A stretch of DNA of 64,000 nucleotides from the IMG/VR virus record IMGVR_UViG_3300031555_001469; one strand, written 5' to 3'. Within the stretch, counting starts at the first letter, position 1. Every line of letters starts with the position of its first letter. Positions 1-11,183 of the stretch are shown here, piece after piece. Position numbers and translations under genes: made by a program. Below the pieces are notes generated by a model, which searched no databases, was not told where the DNA came from, and saw nothing but the letters and a program-made list of their open reading frames with translations. This DNA comes from a virus. Taxonomy: Duplodnaviria > Caudoviricetes.

Positions 1-41
1 CCTGGTGGAAGCTGTATAATAGGTTTGATTAATTCATCCAT
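1..41 (-). CDS. 5' start of a gene running off the window edge (MDELIKPIIQLPP...)
   Basis: GGAGG RBS then ATG at 41; frame open to the edge. Confidence 0.6.
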   Translation of the reverse strand, partial: MDELIKPIIQLPP

Positions 42-53
42 GATACTACCTCC

Positions 54-269
54 CTATTTACGTGGTTTCGTATACGAAATCTTATCCATTTCACCAGTGA
101 TAAGAACTTTCGCATCAGAAAATCTACACTTAGATGGATCTTTTAAAATATCCGTGTAAATCTTCTTTTGGCCATTCACGATGACATGACCAAAAGCATA
201 ATTCTTTCCATATAATTTCTTCTGCTCAGCCTGCTGAGTTTGAGAGAATATGAAAGATTTGATCGCCAT
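54..269 (-). CDS. small hypothetical protein
   Basis: ORF with GGAGG RBS, packed in operon. Confidence 0.6.
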   Translation of the reverse strand: MAIKSFIFSQTQQAEQKKLYGKNYAFGHVIVNGQKKIYTDILKDPSKCRFSDAKVLITGEMDKISYTKPRK

Positions 270-280
270 AATGCTACCTC

Positions 281-2017
281 CTACAAATTATATTGATCAA
301 TCAATAACCAGTTAAGATCTGTGTCATTAACAACTTCATCATATCCTAATTCAGTTACAATGATCGGTTTAATAATTTGTTTAGCAGCACGCAAGTCTTC
401 ATTAATCTTATCCATTTCTTCCTGATCATATTCCATATCAAGCAATGTGGATTTAGCAATGATAACCTGCTTAGTTCCAGTTAATTCTCTATAACGCTGA
501 AGAGTTGCATCTCTTTGAGACTCCCAGAAATTAGGCTCTTCAAATTCAGAGAAGTGTCCATTGTATAATGGAGCTAATGGACAGATAGAACCAGTTACAC
601 CTGGATCAGAGTTAGATGAACTGTCAGGGTCTAATCGTCCCAAATGGGATACATCTAACGTTCTATAAATTTCCGGTACCGAGTTAGCTTTTTCTCCGAT
701 ACCTGCAATACCTTTATAAGTAAACTTAATCTCGGTCAATGCATCTAAATCATTAACCATATTACGATAAGTTACCAAGGTGCATTTACTGATAGCATTC
801 ATAAGGTAGTTAGGCTGGATACAAATAGCTTTCTTAAGACTATTTAAATTACCCTTCTTACCACCGTCTGAAACTCTATAGATACCTTTACTTAACTTCA
901 TAGCATATAATGAAGCAATGTAACCACTGTATCTAATAGACTTAGTTGATATATCAAGATTGGACTTATTCTTGAGAGATATAAAATCTCCCATCATCCA
1001 TCTCAATATACAATAAATGTCTGCTTTCTTGTCTTCTGGTAAATGGATTCCATTCTTAGTGGAGATATCATAGATACTTTCAAGGGAATCTAAAATAGAT
1101 AACCCCTTTTCAATTGTACTAGACTTAAACTCTTCGCCTAATTTCATTAACCAGAATTCATGAGTTCTGATACTATTTGCTGTAGTATCTTTATCGATAG
1201 CATCATAAATGACTTTGGTGACACCCTGTACTACTTCATCTCTATCAAAGACATATTTAGGCACTGTAATATATACCGCATTCTTTTCAAAGATGTAGAA
1301 GTTTTCAGGATCATCAATATAAGTACTTGATACATCGATAACTCCGTCAATTCCTAAGAATTTCATAGCACCCTGCAAACCAAATTTTGCTAAGAAGTAT
1401 TTTGACATAGAGAAAGTCTTATTGAAAATCTGAGAAGTATAATGAGCACATTTAATCTGCTGCTTATTATGAGTTCTAAGATATTCGATTTCTCTGAATA
1501 CTCTTATAGGCATAAACATGGTCTTTAAAGTAACACAGGCTTTCTTGTTTGATGAAGATGCAGTACTGTTGTTATAAGTAGACGCATCTACAATCTGGTA
1601 CATAGCTGAGAAGATATTACCATTGATTCTAAAATAATACTTCTCCACAATTCTAGGTACGATGATATAGACATCAACTGTATCTTCTTCATCACCGAAT
1701 CTAAGATAATAAGTTATTACAAGAAGTAAGATATCAGAAGATTTAATGTCGATATAATCGTACACATTTTCTTTCTTCTTATTCTTCTTATAAATACCTT
1801 CTTCGTAGTCATGAAGAAGTCTTAAGATTTCCTCATAACTTTCAACAACTCTGAAGTTCTTTACTTTGATGGTAAAGAACTTATCTCTCTGACAAGATAA
1901 AACGACATTCTTAAGCTCGTTAATAATAGCTTCGTTATTTCTGTCAAAGAATGCTTCATTGAACTTAGGTCTGTATTCCTTGTTAAACCCTGCAATAAGT
2001 TCAGCTTGATTATACAT
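281..2017 (-). CDS. multisubunit phage RNA polymerase beta subunit, N-terminal half (non-virion type)
   Basis: YFRINGN and LDVSHLGRLDPDSSSNSDPG match RpoB regions (cf. HxSHYGRxCP); split beta is typical of phiKZ/AR9-like phages. Confidence 0.85.
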   Translation of the reverse strand: MYNQAELIAGFNKEYRPKFNEAFFDRNNEAIINELKNVVLSCQRDKFFTIKVKNFRVVESYEEILRLLHDYEEGIYKKNKKKENVYDYIDIKSSDILLLVITYYLRFGDEEDTVDVYIIVPRIVEKYYFRINGNIFSAMYQIVDASTYNNSTASSSNKKACVTLKTMFMPIRVFREIEYLRTHNKQQIKCAHYTSQIFNKTFSMSKYFLAKFGLQGAMKFLGIDGVIDVSSTYIDDPENFYIFEKNAVYITVPKYVFDRDEVVQGVTKVIYDAIDKDTTANSIRTHEFWLMKLGEEFKSSTIEKGLSILDSLESIYDISTKNGIHLPEDKKADIYCILRWMMGDFISLKNKSNLDISTKSIRYSGYIASLYAMKLSKGIYRVSDGGKKGNLNSLKKAICIQPNYLMNAISKCTLVTYRNMVNDLDALTEIKFTYKGIAGIGEKANSVPEIYRTLDVSHLGRLDPDSSSNSDPGVTGSICPLAPLYNGHFSEFEEPNFWESQRDATLQRYRELTGTKQVIIAKSTLLDMEYDQEEMDKINEDLRAAKQIIKPIIVTELGYDEVVNDTDLNWLLIDQYNL

Positions 2018-2675
2018 CCTCTTCGCCTCCTATATCAGTTAATGGGATTACAATCTTTTCTCTCATAGGATTTGGGACTTCTTCGGAAGAGTCGCTAAGA
2101 ATAAGGGTTGCGTTAATATCCAGAGCATTACACATAGACTTTAACTTAGACAGTGTTATACTGGACTTATCAAACAATCTCTTATCGTTATTGAAGTTAG
2201 CACCAAATCTGGATTCGTATTTATCAATATCGATTCCCTTTGCTGCTACTGCTTTCTTTAATGCTACCATCTCTGGTGCATCAGTTTCTCTAATTTGAGG
2301 ACAGAAAATATTATCCACTGTTGTGACAATAGATCTTTCCATCTCTCTTAAAGCATTCTGCTTAGATATAAGATCTTTCATATCACTAGCAGAACCAAAA
2401 TCAATAATATTCTCTTTGGAATATTCAGCCTGTTCGGTTGCGTTAGGCTTCTTGACTACTAATACCACGTTACCGCCTCTATAAACGCCTGGTCTGGTAT
2501 CATTCTTTGCTCTTAATGGTAATACATAATCATCTAATTCGATTCCTGTATATCCATATGGTAAATTGCTACCTGTTGACAATTCATGTCTTTCGACTAC
2601 GTCGACAATCTTGCCATCGATTTTAGCCTTCTTCATAGTCATTTTATTACCTCCAAAAAATAAAATGAGGCACAC
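2010..2675 (-). CDS. hypothetical protein, possible C-terminal HTH-like segment; true start probably at MTMKK/MKK
   Basis: SITLSKLKSMCNALDI resembles the end of an XRE HTH; annotated N-terminus overlaps the RBS and a hairpin. Confidence 0.5.
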   Translation of the reverse strand: MCLILFFGGNKMTMKKAKIDGKIVDVVERHELSTGSNLPYGYTGIELDDYVLPLRAKNDTRPGVYRGGNVVLVVKKPNATEQAEYSKENIIDFGSASDMKDLISKQNALREMERSIVTTVDNIFCPQIRETDAPEMVALKKAVAAKGIDIDKYESRFGANFNNDKRLFDKSSITLSKLKSMCNALDINATLILSDSSEEVPNPMREKIVIPLTDIGGEEDV

Positions 2676-2707
2676 CTAATAGGTATGCCTCATCTCACGT
2701 CTTAATA

Positions 2708-3319
2708 TTACTTATCTGCCTTTGGTTCCTTAACAATCTGCTTGGACTTTTCACCTGGAGTGATAGCGATAACCTTTTCACCATCTTCTACACCAGCTGT
2801 TGCCACAAACAGGTCACCACATTCTAACTCTAAGAGTCCGCCTTCAACTGCATTAGTATCAAGCATTGTCTTAATAGCTTCGATTGCACCAACTGTCATG
2901 TTGTTTCCTGTAGACGGATCTACATTCCACACATAGTTGCACAGTGTGTACATAGTGTTACTTAAGATAACACCGAACTTAGGATCAGTATGCTGATAAC
3001 GTGCTGTTACGTCAGCTACATCTTCTAAGTTGAAAGTATAAGAGTAGTTCCAGTTACCAGGCATCGTAGGGTCGTCATTCTTCTCATAACGAACTACAGC
3101 ACCGAAAATGAACTCACCCTTAAGTGTTGTGATTTCCAGTAATACTGGTTCAGATTCGCTCTTAACAATCTTTAAGAACTCACTGACTGCTGTGAACAGG
3201 GATTTGGTATATCCCTTAGCGATGTCTTCATCGATTTCAAAGCCGTACTTTGTAAATACTCCCTGCTTGAATCCTACCACCGCTGTGCTTTCATCATAAT
3301 TGATCTTTGCCATAATCAA
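2708..3319 (-). CDS. hypothetical protein
   Basis: ORF with RBS, upstream TATATTAT motif and downstream hairpin. Confidence 0.65.
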   Translation of the reverse strand: MIMAKINYDESTAVVGFKQGVFTKYGFEIDEDIAKGYTKSLFTAVSEFLKIVKSESEPVLLEITTLKGEFIFGAVVRYEKNDDPTMPGNWNYSYTFNLEDVADVTARYQHTDPKFGVILSNTMYTLCNYVWNVDPSTGNNMTVGAIEAIKTMLDTNAVEGGLLELECGDLFVATAGVEDGEKVIAITPGEKSKQIVKEPKADK

Positions 3320-3460
3320 AATCCTCCTTATTATTAGGTATAATTTTATTCGAGTAGATAATTACTTCCTACTCAAATTCATAAATATAATATATCACTA
3401 TATTTACTTTTATACTTATGTAGGGATTTTTGTAACTTTTAAATCCCTACATTGTATACG

Positions 3461-5803
3461 TTAGTTTACAGGCACATATAAATCAATGTTATTAAGAAAT
3501 TCCTGATAAGGAACTATCTTAATTCCATCTTTCTTGGCCTTTTCAACTTTGGTCGATGTAAAAGTATCCGATGGTACTATAAGATACGTTGTATCCTTAG
3601 TAACACTTCCATCAGAAGCATCACACCCTCTTCTCTCTAATTCTTCCATCAGATTTCTATCTCTGAGGCCAGTGAATCTAACTTTAATAGATTTATCCTC
3701 GGAACCAAAAGTGATGATTAAATTAGGCATTTCTAAGATGGTCATTAAATCATCCATCATTGTAAGATTGTTTCTCTCTTCAAGTATAGTGTCTATTGTA
3801 CTGTCACCTATTCCTTTAATCTGAGAGAGAATACATCTAAGTTCATCATCAGTAGATCTTACCAGATCAAATGCATTAAGATATCTAAATATCAACTTCC
3901 ATTTGTTCTGAGCAATATTACTGAAACCAAGCGCTCCTATAATCTTATAATCCTCAATAGGCTGAGTCTTCAATGTATGCATTCTATCTAAGAATTTCTG
4001 CGCATTGACAGGACCAAGTTCTATTAACTCAGGACTTTCCATATTAAGATTCATAAGAGATCCTAAATTATCTTTTGCTAATACAGTTAATGCTTCTTCA
4101 GAGAAATCCTTAAGATTTAACTTCTGTAGCATATTAACCATTCTAGCCAGTGTCCTACCAGGACATTTCATGTTAGGACACATCGCAGATTTACCAGATG
4201 GAGAGATTACTAACTTTGTCTTACATTCAGGGCAAAACTCAATAAACTTCTCTACTGGATTTGGATTGCGAAGATTATCTTCAATATCCGGTTTGCTTAT
4301 TCTAGGCATAACATCATTGACATATTCCAAAGATACAATATCCCCTACTCGGAGATTGAGCTCGTGGAAACGTGCATATGAGTTAACGGTACATTTCTGA
4401 TGAATACCACCTAAGAACTCTACAGGATTGTAGTGTGCTAAAGGTGTGATGATACCATTCTGACCTACTGTATAAGTATAACCCAAGAAGGTTGTATACT
4501 TCTTCATTGCGTTAAACTTAATAGCAACTTGATACTTGTTTACAGAGTTCTCTCTACCAAGAGCCTGAATGATGTCTTCATCTACATAAGAGATTACTAC
4601 ACCATCATATAAGAATGGCATGTAAGGTCTTATGAATTCCATCTCTTCAGTAAACTTCTTTACCTGATAAAGAATCTCTGTATAGTTTCCTTGGAAAACT
4701 ACATATCTTAAATATTCTCCAGAGGCATAAAACTTATTAAGAAATTCAATCTCCTCTATCCTACCAATATTCTCTAATGAGGTTGCTAATGGTACAAGAG
4801 TAATTAAATCTCTAAACAAATATCCATCCGAAGAACCTAAGATACCAATAATTGCATTTCTACAATTCTTATAAGGTTTACCTCGAAGAGCAGATAATCT
4901 ATCGAGATTAGGCTTAGTTATAATAGCTTCAAACTTCATACCTATTGGATCCATTAGAGCAGACTCTTTAATTTCATCAGCTCCTCTGAATCTATATCCT
5001 TTAAGATATGGAGTTAAATCGGTAGCAATATCTTCACCAGTATCACCTCTTGATCTGGCGCTTTCTACCTGATTAGTCACTTCTGCTTCTACAGATACAC
5101 CATCATATTTCAGTTCACCTATCATAGTAAATACTCTGTTAGGATCGATTATACCAGAAATAATGTGTGGTGCTAAGAAGTCTCTTTCGAATATCTTTAC
5201 ATTCGAATCATTATATACCTCTGCATCCTTAGCCTGTTTATCTAAGACAAACTTAACTTTGTCTAGAGTTCCAACAAGCTTAGGATATAAGTGAGGGGTA
5301 TTGACACTTCTCTTCTGAATAGCTAATTCATCAACTCGATTGATAGGATTAACTATAAATGAAGATTTAGTAATCGGTTGTCTCATATCTAATATATGAT
5401 TAGAATAGAAACCTTCATCTATCTTCTCTTTATCCGCTACGATAATAGGAGTATAGATTGTTTTCTTTTCAATGATTTCTTCAACTCTACCCTGATCAAA
5501 TAAGATAGGTTCTGCACCTACTTGATAATTAGGGTCAAAGTTCTTATACTTCTCCAACAATAAGTCATATACCCCATCATCCAATACAAGCATTTCTTTT
5601 CCCGTATTGTTATAAAGTATATTGGAGATTATAATAATTAATCTCATTTTGATTTTGTCTGGTTCTGTAATATCCTGATTAGGTACTCTCAGAATTGACA
5701 TTGTGATTTCATTGATTCTTTTCGTAGAATCAGCGGTGACCTTTGATAAGTCACCGCTTCTTAAAGAATCAAGAATGTTTGCTAAAAATCCTTGATCAAT
5801 CAT
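3461..5803 (-). CDS. ligA: NAD-dependent DNA ligase (start reassigned to MIDQG)
   Basis: ELKYDG adenylation motif, SRGD, YDGVVI, AIKF, CPEC...CPNMKC zinc finger, HhH repeats, C-terminal BRCT (FTG...SVTKDT). Confidence 0.95.
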   Translation of the reverse strand: MIDQGFLANILDSLRSGDLSKVTADSTKRINEITMSILRVPNQDITEPDKIKMRLIIIISNILYNNTGKEMLVLDDGVYDLLLEKYKNFDPNYQVGAEPILFDQGRVEEIIEKKTIYTPIIVADKEKIDEGFYSNHILDMRQPITKSSFIVNPINRVDELAIQKRSVNTPHLYPKLVGTLDKVKFVLDKQAKDAEVYNDSNVKIFERDFLAPHIISGIIDPNRVFTMIGELKYDGVSVEAEVTNQVESARSRGDTGEDIATDLTPYLKGYRFRGADEIKESALMDPIGMKFEAIITKPNLDRLSALRGKPYKNCRNAIIGILGSSDGYLFRDLITLVPLATSLENIGRIEEIEFLNKFYASGEYLRYVVFQGNYTEILYQVKKFTEEMEFIRPYMPFLYDGVVISYVDEDIIQALGRENSVNKYQVAIKFNAMKKYTTFLGYTYTVGQNGIITPLAHYNPVEFLGGIHQKCTVNSYARFHELNLRVGDIVSLEYVNDVMPRISKPDIEDNLRNPNPVEKFIEFCPECKTKLVISPSGKSAMCPNMKCPGRTLARMVNMLQKLNLKDFSEEALTVLAKDNLGSLMNLNMESPELIELGPVNAQKFLDRMHTLKTQPIEDYKIIGALGFSNIAQNKWKLIFRYLNAFDLVRSTDDELRCILSQIKGIGDSTIDTILEERNNLTMMDDLMTILEMPNLIITFGSEDKSIKVRFTGLRDRNLMEELERRGCDASDGSVTKDTTYLIVPSDTFTSTKVEKAKKDGIKIVPYQEFLNNIDLYVPVN

Positions 5804-5804
5804 T

Positions 5805-8024
5805 TTAGATTCTTCCTTTCCTGATTGGCTGGATAGCAATTGGTCTGACAATACCAGCTTTCTGACCCGAGTCAAGATTTCTCTGGATCAAGTCTTTAAG
5901 GTCTTCTGCTTGCTGGTCAGTTAACTCAGCCAATTCGATAATAGGTTTTACTATTGTGTTCTTGGTTGTATTCTTTCTAACCGGAGCCATTACGATTGGT
6001 CTAATCTTCTTGGCTCTAGTCTTAACGAACTTCAAGCGTAATCCTATTGTCTTGAGATATGCATTTAAGATTTCTACACTTCTAGACTTAGAATTAGCAT
6101 CTAATCTAATGTCTATATTAAAAGGATCTCCAGTGATCAACTGTTCTGCTAATCTTCTAGCATGAGGAGAAGATGCATACAGTAACAGATTGATTACTAC
6201 ATATTCCATTCCTAAATGGGAAAGATCTCCAGATTCCATTTCACCAAATCTAATAGGTGTCTTGGTAAATAAACCACGATACTCTTTATTAGATTTAGAT
6301 CTGGAGTTCTCATTTCTGATATTAGTAGCAGATAAGGAAGTAACACTGAACTTCTCTTCTGCATACTGCTTTAATCTGTAGATGTACTTTCTACCAGCTA
6401 CTACAGGTCTTCTAGATTTTACAAATCTAAGATTACCCATAGAATCGATGATAGGAGCATCCATATATCTCTGAGTTGCGAATGGGAATCTATCGTATAA
6501 CTCAGCGATCTTGTCAATATCTACACCTGAAGATAATGGCATTAAAGACATAATAACACCATCATCATTTACAAATGCATTTACGAAATCCATTATATCA
6601 CAATCGTCAACTAATACATCAGTAAACTGTTTGTAGTATATATACTGATCTGGGTTTACGATTCTCAAGAATTCCATTATCAAATCTAAGCATTCATAAG
6701 GTTGAAGAATACTCATATTTATATAATCGATAATTCTTGAAGTGATATGGTTTAAAGATGTTTCAAATAACTGACCTGGATTAAGACGGTTGACACATGT
6801 AGCTTTATTGAAGATAATCTCTACAATATCACCATTATCTAATCTAGGCATCTGATCATCTGGAACAATCATAGATACTACACCCTTACCACCATATCTA
6901 TCAGCGAACTTATCACCAATCGATACTGGATTTTCTTCAAGGACATAAATATCTATATCTAAATAACTGAAAGGTCTATCTTTAATAAAGTTGTCACCTC
7001 TCAGAATACGCTTGCCATTAATATACATTTGCTCTAACTCATATGACATACTGATACCAAGCTCTGTTTCTTTTACATGATCAATGTAAGTAGTTAACTC
7101 TGTATAGAATCTGATGCTTTCAGAAAAATAACTACTAATCTGTGAAGCATATGCAGACTCTCTAAGAGCTTCTCTGTTATTACAATGAACATCGATGTCG
7201 ACTATTCTACCCTGTGTGGTATACTTATCGTCAGACATCATGATATCCTTTAAGTGTTCCCAAGACTGAGCAAATAAAGATTCCTCTTTCTTTTCTCGTC
7301 TTACAGCACATAAGATACCACCTTCAATCTCTTCGCCAATATCAGGAATAACCTTATACTGGCCATCTTTACCATACATATTCAGAAGGATATCATTATC
7401 ATTGATATTGATACTAACCTTCTTAATCAATGGTGTTTTAAACTTTGCAGCTGCTGACTCGGAAATAATAATAGCATCTTCCATTGTCGGGTTACAGCTG
7501 ATATAAGCTGTTACAAGATTACGTCCCTGTCTATGATTATCATACTCATCATATGCATTAGACTTCTGGATTACATCGTTCTCGTTAATATAACTACCCA
7601 CCTTTAAATTATCGGCGTAGCTATTATCTTTCAGGTAGCCATAAGACTCAGTGATATGCTTATAACTAACTCTTTCAAATATATCATATTTTCCCGAAAC
7701 CAAACTTTTAATAATTAAAAAGTAGTGTTGTTCTGGGTTGGTAGAAAACTTTGCTATTTTAGCAACAACTTCATATCTCTCCTCAGCTTTAATATAACCA
7801 GATGAATGTCTACCAAACTCATTCTCAAATCCGGTTTGTACTAAAGCAAGCTCTGGTTCCATGATAGGGAGTCGATGATTCGAATGTGTCGCAAACATCA
7901 ACTTTCGTGAACCGGAGTTAGCATTACAAAAGGGCTGATTAAGCCCGGTGCCTATCAGCTGCTCTGGGAACTGAATAAATTCCTTTTGAGCTTCGATAGC
8001 CTTTGCCAAATTTAATTCTGCCAT
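5805..8024 (-). CDS. multisubunit phage RNA polymerase beta subunit, C-terminal half (non-virion type)
   Basis: MEDAIIISES, GDKFADRYGGKGVVS, RLNPGQ and RFGEMES match conserved RpoB motifs. Confidence 0.92.
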   Translation of the reverse strand: MAELNLAKAIEAQKEFIQFPEQLIGTGLNQPFCNANSGSRKLMFATHSNHRLPIMEPELALVQTGFENEFGRHSSGYIKAEERYEVVAKIAKFSTNPEQHYFLIIKSLVSGKYDIFERVSYKHITESYGYLKDNSYADNLKVGSYINENDVIQKSNAYDEYDNHRQGRNLVTAYISCNPTMEDAIIISESAAAKFKTPLIKKVSININDNDILLNMYGKDGQYKVIPDIGEEIEGGILCAVRREKKEESLFAQSWEHLKDIMMSDDKYTTQGRIVDIDVHCNNREALRESAYASQISSYFSESIRFYTELTTYIDHVKETELGISMSYELEQMYINGKRILRGDNFIKDRPFSYLDIDIYVLEENPVSIGDKFADRYGGKGVVSMIVPDDQMPRLDNGDIVEIIFNKATCVNRLNPGQLFETSLNHITSRIIDYINMSILQPYECLDLIMEFLRIVNPDQYIYYKQFTDVLVDDCDIMDFVNAFVNDDGVIMSLMPLSSGVDIDKIAELYDRFPFATQRYMDAPIIDSMGNLRFVKSRRPVVAGRKYIYRLKQYAEEKFSVTSLSATNIRNENSRSKSNKEYRGLFTKTPIRFGEMESGDLSHLGMEYVVINLLLYASSPHARRLAEQLITGDPFNIDIRLDANSKSRSVEILNAYLKTIGLRLKFVKTRAKKIRPIVMAPVRKNTTKNTIVKPIIELAELTDQQAEDLKDLIQRNLDSGQKAGIVRPIAIQPIRKGRI

Positions 8025-8110
8025 AATTAAAATCCTCCTGTTAATTTGAAGAGAGTATAATAACTATACTCTCTTCTTATTACAATTATAATATATGCTT
8101 TGATGATATT

Positions 8111-9379
8111 TTAAATACCTAATGCTTCAGCATTCATCATCTGCATGATATTAGACGCTACGTTGGAATTAGCAGTACTCTCTGCAGCGGTAGGAGTAGA
8201 ATCCTCTAAGGACTTTCTTAACTCATCCATTACAGCATTCATGAATACCTGTGCAAATTCAGGATTAGTAGCTAACTTTTCCTTGAACTGTTTCTGATTA
8301 AACTTCATATCAGAAGCATCATCAATATATAAATAAGCACCAGCGCCATTAATTCTACCAGCGTTCTTAAGCATTACGAATAAGCTTAACTCTGGATCGA
8401 AACCAATAGCCTGATTGAATACTAAAGTAGCAGACTGACCAGCCTTGTTAGAACGAGACTTAACCAAGCCAACTTCTACCATAGAACCGTCAATACCAAA
8501 ACCTTCAGTACTCTTTAATTTAGTGCCATCATCGAATCTAAAGATATTATTCGATAAGTAAATTGGAGCGTTACCGCCAGGAAGACTTTCTCCCTGTTTC
8601 AGGTAACTAAGCTGTCCCTTTGTATGGATCATAGGATTAATCTCAATTTTCTGATTAATATGATTGATTACAAAAAGGATAATATTAGCAGCCTTTAATA
8701 AAGGCACAATTCTTTTAAATACACTTGCATTAGTCTTAGCCATTGCAGTAGCAGACATCTGACCAGAAAGTTCTTCTTCTTCTGTCAGCTTCTCAGGCAT
8801 AAGTAATGCTAAAGAGTCTAAGATGTATACAGTAGGTTCTAACTTATAAATCAAGTTACCATATGTATCTCTCAGATTTGTACAATATTCAAATTTATCT
8901 CTATTGTCGAGCTTCATGTCATGAATCATCTTGATTCTTTCATAGAAGTTCTCAGCATTGATACCAGTATCTCTGATGACGAATCTTTCCTTTAATTCTT
9001 CACCTCTGAAACCAGTAATAACTTCTTTTCTTGTAAGGTTGGAACCAACCTCGATCTGATCTTCAAATACAACAGATGTATTGAAAGGTCTTACAATATT
9101 AGCAGCAGCCTGCTCAACGAATGTAGTTTTACCACATCCAGATCTACCGATTACCATAATCATGGAACCATCGGCTACACCTACAGAGTAATAAGAATAT
9201 TCTCTGTTGTCATAGTTTACGTGCACTACAGCACCATTCTTAAAATCCAGATTCAGATAGCCAGTAGGATATCCTACAGACTGCTCTGCTTCCATCTTCA
9301 TTCTAGCATCCTTCATCTTAGATGCCTTGTCTCTAAACAGTCTACCAAGTAGACCTCTTTCTACGGTATTATTATCCAT
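8111..9379 (-). CDS. RecA/UvsX-like recombinase
   Basis: GRSGCGKT Walker A, YILDSLA Walker B, INHI, LPGG, VKSR. Confidence 0.88.
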   Translation of the reverse strand: MDNNTVERGLLGRLFRDKASKMKDARMKMEAEQSVGYPTGYLNLDFKNGAVVHVNYDNREYSYYSVGVADGSMIMVIGRSGCGKTTFVEQAAANIVRPFNTSVVFEDQIEVGSNLTRKEVITGFRGEELKERFVIRDTGINAENFYERIKMIHDMKLDNRDKFEYCTNLRDTYGNLIYKLEPTVYILDSLALLMPEKLTEEEELSGQMSATAMAKTNASVFKRIVPLLKAANIILFVINHINQKIEINPMIHTKGQLSYLKQGESLPGGNAPIYLSNNIFRFDDGTKLKSTEGFGIDGSMVEVGLVKSRSNKAGQSATLVFNQAIGFDPELSLFVMLKNAGRINGAGAYLYIDDASDMKFNQKQFKEKLATNPEFAQVFMNAVMDELRKSLEDSTPTAAESTANSNVASNIMQMMNAEALGI

Positions 9380-9447
9380 AAATAATCCACTCCTTTTCTT
9401 AAGATAGGTTATTTATATGTCCCTGTTTAGGTAAAAATAAAAAATAA

Positions 9448-9469
9448 AGGGGTTGGCTTACCAACCCCT
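9448..9469 (-). terminator. intrinsic terminator
   Basis: AGGGGTTGG-CTTA-CCAACCCCT hairpin with a T-tract on the minus strand. Confidence 0.7.
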
Positions 9470-9562
9470 AATAATGAGATTATAACCCCTTAAGTTCCGC
9501 ATTTCTTCCTCCGGCAACCCAAAGTTCAGTATATGGTTTACGAGCTAATATATTGTAAGTAT

Positions 9563-9943
9563 CTACACCTCCAAATATCTAGCAATAAACTGCTTGCCTC
9601 TTTCCGATAAAGGATACTGACGGAAGAATTCATCAGTGATAATATTTTTAATATTATCAAAATTCTTTGCATCGTAATAGATATATCCATTATTCTTCAT
9701 AAAGTAAGGAATTAGATTACCCTGATTATTAGGATTAAAAATTATATTTATTTCTCTAAACTCACCGGCTGTCTGAATAAAAGTAAGTTTGATGTCGTCT
9801 ACATTAACATCATTAAGATGACTATGAAGTTCCAAAATCTTTTCTTCATTAGATACTTTATCCATAAGCTTATCCAATAATCCAATTGTCATATATTCCA
9901 TACGTTTATCCTCCTTATTTAATATCACTATTTGGTAATACAC
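9563..9943 (-). CDS. hypothetical protein (start probably MEYM; possible frameshifted C-terminus)
   Basis: ORF with RBS; see findings. Confidence 0.55.
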   Translation of the reverse strand: MYYQIVILNKEDKRMEYMTIGLLDKLMDKVSNEEKILELHSHLNDVNVDDIKLTFIQTAGEFREINIIFNPNNQGNLIPYFMKNNGYIYYDAKNFDNIKNIITDEFFRQYPLSERGKQFIARYLEV

Positions 9944-10214
9944 ATTTGATAGCGTATACTATAGAGTCACGTAATGTATCTTTAAAGTCGCCTGTTACAT
10001 GATTAACGATAGTATCTTCAATCATCTTTCCTTCTTTAATTACACTTACATGAGTTTCTACTAATACATTTTCACCAAGAGTATCACAATACTCAAAACA
10101 GAAATCAACCACGAGAGTCTTATCTTTAGCAATCTTTCTTCTATATTCGCAACTCTCTTTCTTTTCCATCTTCTTTAAAGTTTGTGTCATAATCATATCA
10201 ATATCTACTGTCAT
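9915..10214 (-). CDS. hypothetical protein
   Basis: ORF with AGGAGG RBS. Confidence 0.65.
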   Translation of the reverse strand: MTVDIDMIMTQTLKKMEKKESCEYRRKIAKDKTLVVDFCFEYCDTLGENVLVETHVSVIKEGKMIEDTIVNHVTGDFKDTLRDSIVYAIKCVLPNSDIK

Positions 10215-10274
10215 ACGTTTGTCCTCCTTAAAATAACCCCCGAAGACGGTTAGCCTTCGGGGGAAATATGATTT

Positions 10275-11165
10275 TTATCTAGGGAACTTTTTACCAGAAC
10301 CTTGTAAGAATGCTATACATTCTAAAATTCTACCATAGTCCCCTGCTGCAATATTCGTAATATCGAATCGCACTGGAGATCCAGCATGTAATAACTCATA
10401 GTCATCACAATAAGATCTCAGTACATGAATGATACTCTGAGACGGCATTACGTTTAAGATATCTAAAAGAACTAAGCTAATTCTACTGAAGTTCTCATCC
10501 ATATCATCTGTAACCCACTCCTCTTCGTTATTAATAGTCTCAAGCATACATGTCTCAAATACTTCAGTAAACTTATCATAAAGTTTCTCGAAGATATTCA
10601 AGATAATCTGCTCAGACATAACAACACTTGGCTGAGTAATAATGATAAAGTTAACTCTCTTAACGCATACTGCAATATCTGTAGAAGAGAATCTTGCACA
10701 TGCTAAGAAGATAGCTAAATTTACATCTAACCCCAATCCACATAAACCAGGGATGATATCCTTGTTAATAGCTTTTGCTAAGGATAATACCAACCCTTTC
10801 ATAAATTCATCTGCGCCTTCATAAGTCATGTAATCATACACAATCTTATTACAACAGATTCTTTCCTCTAACGAAAGAGGAATATTTGTAGCTACCTGAA
10901 TAAGCACATTCAGGAGCTTTACATTTAACACTGATGTTACATATCTCGAATCTTTAGACATGATACGTCTGAAGAGCTCTAAGTGAGCCCCGCAGACCAT
11001 CTTGTACAAATCAGAGTCAGAGATACTATCCAGTTTATTATTCTCGATAGCGTCGAATAACACTGAGTTATTAATCCCAGCGAAACCCAACAGGTTAACA
11101 TTAGCGACAGGCTTTACACCAGCAGAATTTACGTCTGCTACGAATCCTCCGAAAATGTCTTCCAT
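10275..11165 (-). CDS. hypothetical alpha-helical protein co-transcribed with the tubulin gene
   Basis: ORF with RBS 18 nt after the tubulin stop. Confidence 0.7.
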   Translation of the reverse strand: MEDIFGGFVADVNSAGVKPVANVNLLGFAGINNSVLFDAIENNKLDSISDSDLYKMVCGAHLELFRRIMSKDSRYVTSVLNVKLLNVLIQVATNIPLSLEERICCNKIVYDYMTYEGADEFMKGLVLSLAKAINKDIIPGLCGLGLDVNLAIFLACARFSSTDIAVCVKRVNFIIITQPSVVMSEQIILNIFEKLYDKFTEVFETCMLETINNEEEWVTDDMDENFSRISLVLLDILNVMPSQSIIHVLRSYCDDYELLHAGSPVRFDITNIAAGDYGRILECIAFLQGSGKKFPR

Positions 11166-11183
11166 TATCTTACCTCCTTAAAA

